Shown here: positions 18,018 to 20,157 of the stretch, piece after piece
How the letters are laid out: every line of letters begins with the position of its first letter
How positions within the stretch are numbered: position 1 is the first letter of the stretch
Origin: Tortispora ganteri
Taxonomy: Eukaryota
Length of the DNA stretch: 20,157 bases
Assembly: GCA_003707115.1 (NCBI GenBank)
Contig: PPNB01000022.1
Span: 124,001-144,157, forward strand
Direction: 5' to 3'
Program-made: the position numbers and the translations under genes
The notes under the pieces: generated by a model
The model's database searches: none
Seen by the model: only the letters and a program-made list of their open reading frames with translations
What the model was told of the DNA's origin: nothing

Positions 18018-18119
18018 TATGCCATTCTAGATGCTATTTGACAGGAACGGCGTTTAATTTCGTTTGTGGAAAGTGAATGTGATGTCGAAAGTCAAAATCG
18101 GAGTTCTCCCAATTAGTCG

Positions 18120-20156
18120 CTAACCGAGCAGCGTTTCGAGCGATATCGATAATGGTTGCGCCTGATTCAGGCTTTGTGCTATAGCAGAAGTTTTGACCCT
18201 TTGCACCCCACCAAACTTCAAACCCGATACCAGAGTGTGTAATGCGCCTCTTGTAAATCCAGAAGCAATGGCCTTCACCTTTGCCTCATGCTCAGAATTA
18301 CCTTTAACACCAAGTAGTTTTACCAGCAAATCTACCTGCTTGGCACTGGCAGGAGCCTTTCTCCAAGGCGCGTTCTTTAGCAACAGCAGATCTGTAAATT
18401 CTTTGGCAGCATATGTATCGGATGCATGTAATGCATGTTCAAAGTTTTCAATATCATCAAATATGACTCTATTATCTGTGCGAAATGTCATTCCGCGCAG
18501 ATGAGTCTTCACATAATGTTGTAACGTCCAACGCATTGGCCCTAATTCAGACTTATCGACGGCTTTCATATCTTTGAGCTTTTGCTTGGCTTTCTTTGCT
18601 TCTCGTATTTTGTCTGTGGTACTCTTAATGGATCCCTGAGGGTTCAAAGACAATTTCAGATAACTCGTAGACCCTAGAGAGTCTTGAAGAATATATTCTC
18701 CTGGTTTCGCACGGATCCACGCATAGCGAGATTCGGCTAAGGTTCGTCCAATAGAGTCTACAACTCCAGAAGATATCAGCAAATCTTGTTCCACTTCGTT
18801 GATTTCCGCAGACAGGCTGTTGACGAGGTGGTCTTTTGATAGTCCGTTGTCTTCGAGGTATTTACAGATAAGATCGCGGACTTCAGCAATTTGCTTGAGT
18901 TTATTTTCCTTTTGTAATGCAGCTACAGCTTCTGCTTCCTCATTTCGTCGTTGGGCCAGCAAATTAAGTTCATTCGCCGTGAGGTTCTTCACAACTTCGT
19001 CTGGATCCAGTCCGAATAGCGTAGGTGTGGATGCAATTCCTGTCTGTGTTCCGGCTACAAAGTCGATAACCAGACAATCTGATTTGTTAGGCGAAAGACG
19101 CAAACCACGACCCAACATTTGCATAAGGAGATTACGTGACTTCGTAGGCCGACACATAAGAAGGCAGTCAATATTCGGCAGATCTGTGCCCTCAGTGAAT
19201 AGACCGCAATTAAGAAGAACTGGGAATTTGCCTTCTTTGAATTCTTCAATTATTTTCTGCCGCGTTACAGAATTCGAGTTGCCAGTAAGGTATCTTGCAT
19301 CAACGCCCATCCTGCGGAACTCATCTGTCATGTGTATTACGTGGTTGATGTCAACACAAAAGACAAGAGTGGACTTGCGGGTTGCAGCACCATATTTGAG
19401 CCATATTCTGACAACAGCAGCAACTTGAGAGTCTGTATTAACAACAGCTGCAAGATCCTGGAGATTATAGTCGCCATTTTTGCCGATCGTTCGGAGCTCG
19501 GCAAGTTGTGCAGCACGTTTCAGCCGAACAGTAAGTATACGTAACTGAGCAAGCCATCCCTCTTTGACCATTGTCATGAAGTCACGATGGTATACAATTT
19601 TATCCATGACGGAGCCGAGTTTAAGACCGTCATGGCGTGATAATGTGGCCGAGAACCCGACGAGAGCCATTGGGGAGTCTGATTTGTGTCTAATGCCCAA
19701 ATAGTCCAGTATGCTTATATAGGAAGCAGCGACCGCATGATGTGCCTCGTCGACTATGACCAGCTTTATCGAGTTCGGATCGTACTTTTCTAGACGGCCA
19801 GATAGGCTTTGGATGCTGGCGATTGTTATGTCGGCGGTACCGGAGGCATGTGATTTGCCCATTTCGATTTCTATGGATTTGTCCGGGTAAACATTTGCGC
19901 AATGTGTAGCAGCTTGCATTACAAGTTCTTTGCGGTGAACAAGCACGAGAGTCTGAGATCTCAGTGGATCATCGACAGTAACGCGATCAATCAGGTGACT
20001 AAATATGACTGTTTTGCCAGCACCGGTGGCAAGGCTGACACCCACACGGTTAGTACCGTTGTTTATCGCAGTCAAAATAGAGTCGATACATTTTTCCTGG
20101 TACGGTCTAAGTTTTACGAGTGATGAGTAGGCGCGAACCAGGGATTTAGCCCAGCA
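18120..20156 (-). CDS. IRC3: Mitochondrial SF2 DNA helicase Irc3 (5' end outside the window)
   Basis: Frame is open to the window edge: ...SLVRAYSSLVKLRPYQEKCI, SLATGAGKT, DEAHH, FSAT, FTEGTDLPNID, QMLGRGLR. The N-terminal end resembles a mitochondrial presequence. Confidence 0.92.
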   Translation of the reverse strand, partial: CWAKSLVRAYSSLVKLRPYQEKCIDSILTAINNGTNRVGVSLATGAGKTVIFSHLIDRVTVDDPLRSQTLVLVHRKELVMQAATHCANVYPDKSIEIEMGKSHASGTADITIASIQSLSGRLEKYDPNSIKLVIVDEAHHAVAASYISILDYLGIRHKSDSPMALVGFSATLSRHDGLKLGSVMDKIVYHRDFMTMVKEGWLAQLRILTVRLKRAAQLAELRTIGKNGDYNLQDLAAVVNTDSQVAAVVRIWLKYGAATRKSTLVFCVDINHVIHMTDEFRRMGVDARYLTGNSNSVTRQKIIEEFKEGKFPVLLNCGLFTEGTDLPNIDCLLMCRPTKSRNLLMQMLGRGLRLSPNKSDCLVIDFVAGTQTGIASTPTLFGLDPDEVVKNLTANELNLLAQRRNEEAEAVAALQKENKLKQIAEVRDLICKYLEDNGLSKDHLVNSLSAEINEVEQDLLISSGVVDSIGRTLAESRYAWIRAKPGEYILQDSLGSTSYLKLSLNPQGSIKSTTDKIREAKKAKQKLKDMKAVDKSELGPMRWTLQHYVKTHLRGMTFRTDNRVIFDDIENFEHALHASDTYAAKEFTDLLLLKNAPWRKAPASAKQVDLLVKLLGVKGNSEHEAKVKAIASGFTRGALHTLVSGLKFGGVQRVKTSAIAQSLNQAQPLSISLETLLG

Positions 20157-20157
20157 A

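Noticed and set aside
18193..19428. Plus-strand ORFs (103 and 209 aa) antisense to IRC3
   Set aside because: They have non-ATG starts, no motifs, and are fully explained as antisense shadows.
18120..20156. Helicase next to a TatD nuclease as a restriction or defence-like module
   Set aside because: Irc3 resembles type III restriction (ResIII) helicases, but both are conserved yeast genes and nothing in the sequence links them functionally.

Overview
Gene-dense eukaryotic DNA, most likely from a budding yeast (Saccharomycotina) with a compact genome. It uses the standard genetic code, with CTG at conserved Leu positions of Rpl6. Short intergenic gaps and near-absence of introns resemble the Wickerhamiella/Starmerella or Yarrowia-related lineages (inference). 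The window holds 14 protein genes: a GPI cell-wall protein with a 21-bp minisatellite, RPL6, CKB1, RAD10/ERCC1, a ferroportin-family transporter, NOP4, a cytochrome-b5-like MAPR protein, an agmatinase/guanidinobutyrase-type ureohydrolase, a bHLH factor, a haloacid-dehalogenase-type HAD, ERB1, BST1 (6-nt first exon plus a 161-nt intron), a TatD/Scn1-like hydrolase and a 5'-truncated IRC3. The most notable items are the yeast ferroportin with a perfect 18-bp tandem duplication upstream, an ancestral Homol-D/TTAGGG RPL6 promoter, a local GC trough, a 15-bp perfect inverted repeat with neighbouring hairpins, and a candidate small membrane-protein ORF. I found no mobile element, tRNA, rRNA or CRISPR array, and no clear-cut novel multi-gene system.
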